A stretch of 34,165 bases of DNA from an uncultured Pseudomonadales bacterium (GTDB taxonomy: Bacteria > Patescibacteriota > Microgenomatia > UBA1400 > MFAQ01): the NCBI GenBank assembly GCA_964491365.1, contig CAZBFU010000006.1, forward strand, positions 1 to 34,165. The letters run 5' to 3'. The position numbers and the translations under genes were made by a program. The number at the start of each line of letters is the position of its first letter. The first letter of the stretch is position 1. Shown here piece by piece: positions 33,044 to 34,165 of this stretch. The notes under the pieces are model-generated. The model saw only the letters and a list, made by a program, of their open reading frames with translations, had not been told where the DNA came from and searched no databases.

Positions 33044-34165
33044 ATTCGACTTAATTGTTTTACTGATAGTTTGCGTCCTCGCAATTCTAGTAACAAGAAA
33101 TCTATGGCTACAACCAGGTCAATTAGGTAGAAATTGGGATTATTCATTTACTGACAATCAGTATCTTCAGTCAAAGATATCAAGAAACCTTACTTCGTGG
33201 AGTTACTATCAACTTGGAAACCCTAACCCACTGCTGTTAGCCCAACAACCAGTAAATATACTCTACGAGAGTATTGTCAGGTTGGTGGGGCACAGATTTG
33301 CAACCTTTACCCTACTATATTTTGTATTTGTCATAAGTTACTTATCCTTTACTTCATTAATAAAACCATTCGTCAATATTAAATTACTTAGCATTCTATA
33401 TGCCTTTTCCCCCTTTCTATTTTCAGACATAATCGGTGGCTCTTGGTATTCTTGGGTTTCATACGCTACTTCTCCACTTTTAATACATTTCCTAGGTCTC
33501 TATTTTTTCAAACCTCGAAAGGTTGTCCTCTATAAAGTTCTTATCTTAAGCTTGATAGTTGTCTGTTTTCTTCAGTATTTTCTAGTAAGTTTCTTGTTTG
33601 GTCTTTTGTATGGAATTGTGCTTACTAAGGAAATTAGACATTATATTAAAACTTCCTTAATTTTGTTTAGTTCTCTTTGTATTACCCATTTTCATTGGTT
33701 GATTCCTTACCTATTGGTTTCACAGTCACAGTACTCAAGACTTCTATCACAGAAAGTAGCATCAACTGTATCCTTTGAAGGATATTTATATGCCAAGCAA
33801 GGATTACTACAGGCCTTTGGGTTAATTGGCTATTTAGATCGTAACTTCTTTTATTTTTCTTTACCTACAATCTTAAAACCTATATTACTTTTTCTTATCG
33901 TGGCGATTTTTATTCGTTTAATTACTTTGCTTAAAAATAATCAAACTTTCTCAGTCATATTTCTTCTATTTTTAGTAAGTAATATATTTCAAAAAGGGGG
34001 AGTGTGGCCATTTGGAATTGCCTTCGAAAAAATCATGACCAAAGTTCCTTTCATGGCAATCTTTAGAAGTCCACAAAGAATAATGTTCATTTCTGCCATC
34101 TTGGGGCCAATCTTGTTAAGTTTTATTTGGCGTAGTGGTGGCAAGTTCTGGAAAACCGTCATTAG
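33033..34165 (+). CDS. Polytopic membrane protein, 5' partial (runs off the window); possibly another glycan-assembly membrane enzyme
   Basis: This ORF is not in the ORF track because it has no stop. I translated it by hand from the ATG at 33033 (MKTRFDLIVLLIVCVLAILVTRNLWLQPGQLGRNWDYSFTDNQYL...) and found no stop codon through 34165. It overlaps the FkbM gene by 11 nt. It is highly hydrophobic with many helices. The function is unassigned. Confidence 0.6.
   Translation, partial: MKTRFDLIVLLIVCVLAILVTRNLWLQPGQLGRNWDYSFTDNQYLQSKISRNLTSWSYYQLGNPNPLLLAQQPVNILYESIVRLVGHRFATFTLLYFVFVISYLSFTSLIKPFVNIKLLSILYAFSPFLFSDIIGGSWYSWVSYATSPLLIHFLGLYFFKPRKVVLYKVLILSLIVVCFLQYFLVSFLFGLLYGIVLTKEIRHYIKTSLILFSSLCITHFHWLIPYLLVSQSQYSRLLSQKVASTVSFEGYLYAKQGLLQAFGLIGYLDRNFFYFSLPTILKPILLFLIVAIFIRLITLLKNNQTFSVIFLLFLVSNIFQKGGVWPFGIAFEKIMTKVPFMAIFRSPQRIMFISAILGPILLSFIWRSGGKFWKTVI

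Noticed and set aside
1-34165. Search by eye for tRNA/rRNA genes, CRISPR repeats, IS elements with inverted repeats, integrases, toxin-antitoxin or defence genes.
   Set aside because: There is essentially no non-coding space (the longest internal spacer is 54 nt). I saw no direct-repeat arrays. No ORF showed transposase, integrase, nuclease or defence motifs.

Overview
The window is almost entirely coding. About 263 of 34165 nt lie outside my gene calls, which fall into 11 alternating strand blocks. It reads as one large cell-surface glycan/glycosylation island from an AT-rich, tightly packed genome. That style is consistent with a small-genome uncultivated bacterium such as the Patescibacteria/CPR, but it is not diagnostic. 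The main feature is an array of ArnT/PMT-like GT-C fold membrane glycosyltransferase paralogs between 65 and 17791. There are nine full-length genes and two reduced forms, all sharing an ordered motif set and, in most, a family-specific C-terminal soluble domain. Three more polytopic candidates lie elsewhere: a PIG-V-like protein, a TMTC-like GT-C-TPR fusion, and a partial ORF at the 3' edge. Between them sit two Dpm1/GtrB/ArnC-type polyprenyl-phosphate sugar synthases, four other GT2 genes, two GT4 genes and a Wzx-like MOP flippase. There is also a B12-binding radical SAM enzyme with non-canonical CX4CX2C spacing, coupled to an FNR-like flavoprotein, and four consecutive SAM methyltransferases. 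I saw no rRNA, tRNA, CRISPR array, transposase or phage genes. My working hypothesis is an extracytoplasmic, lipid-carrier-fed assembly and decoration line for a complex, probably methylated, surface glycan, or alternatively a battery of protein O-glycosyltransferases. All functional calls rest on motif recognition by eye in the supplied translations. No database search was run.
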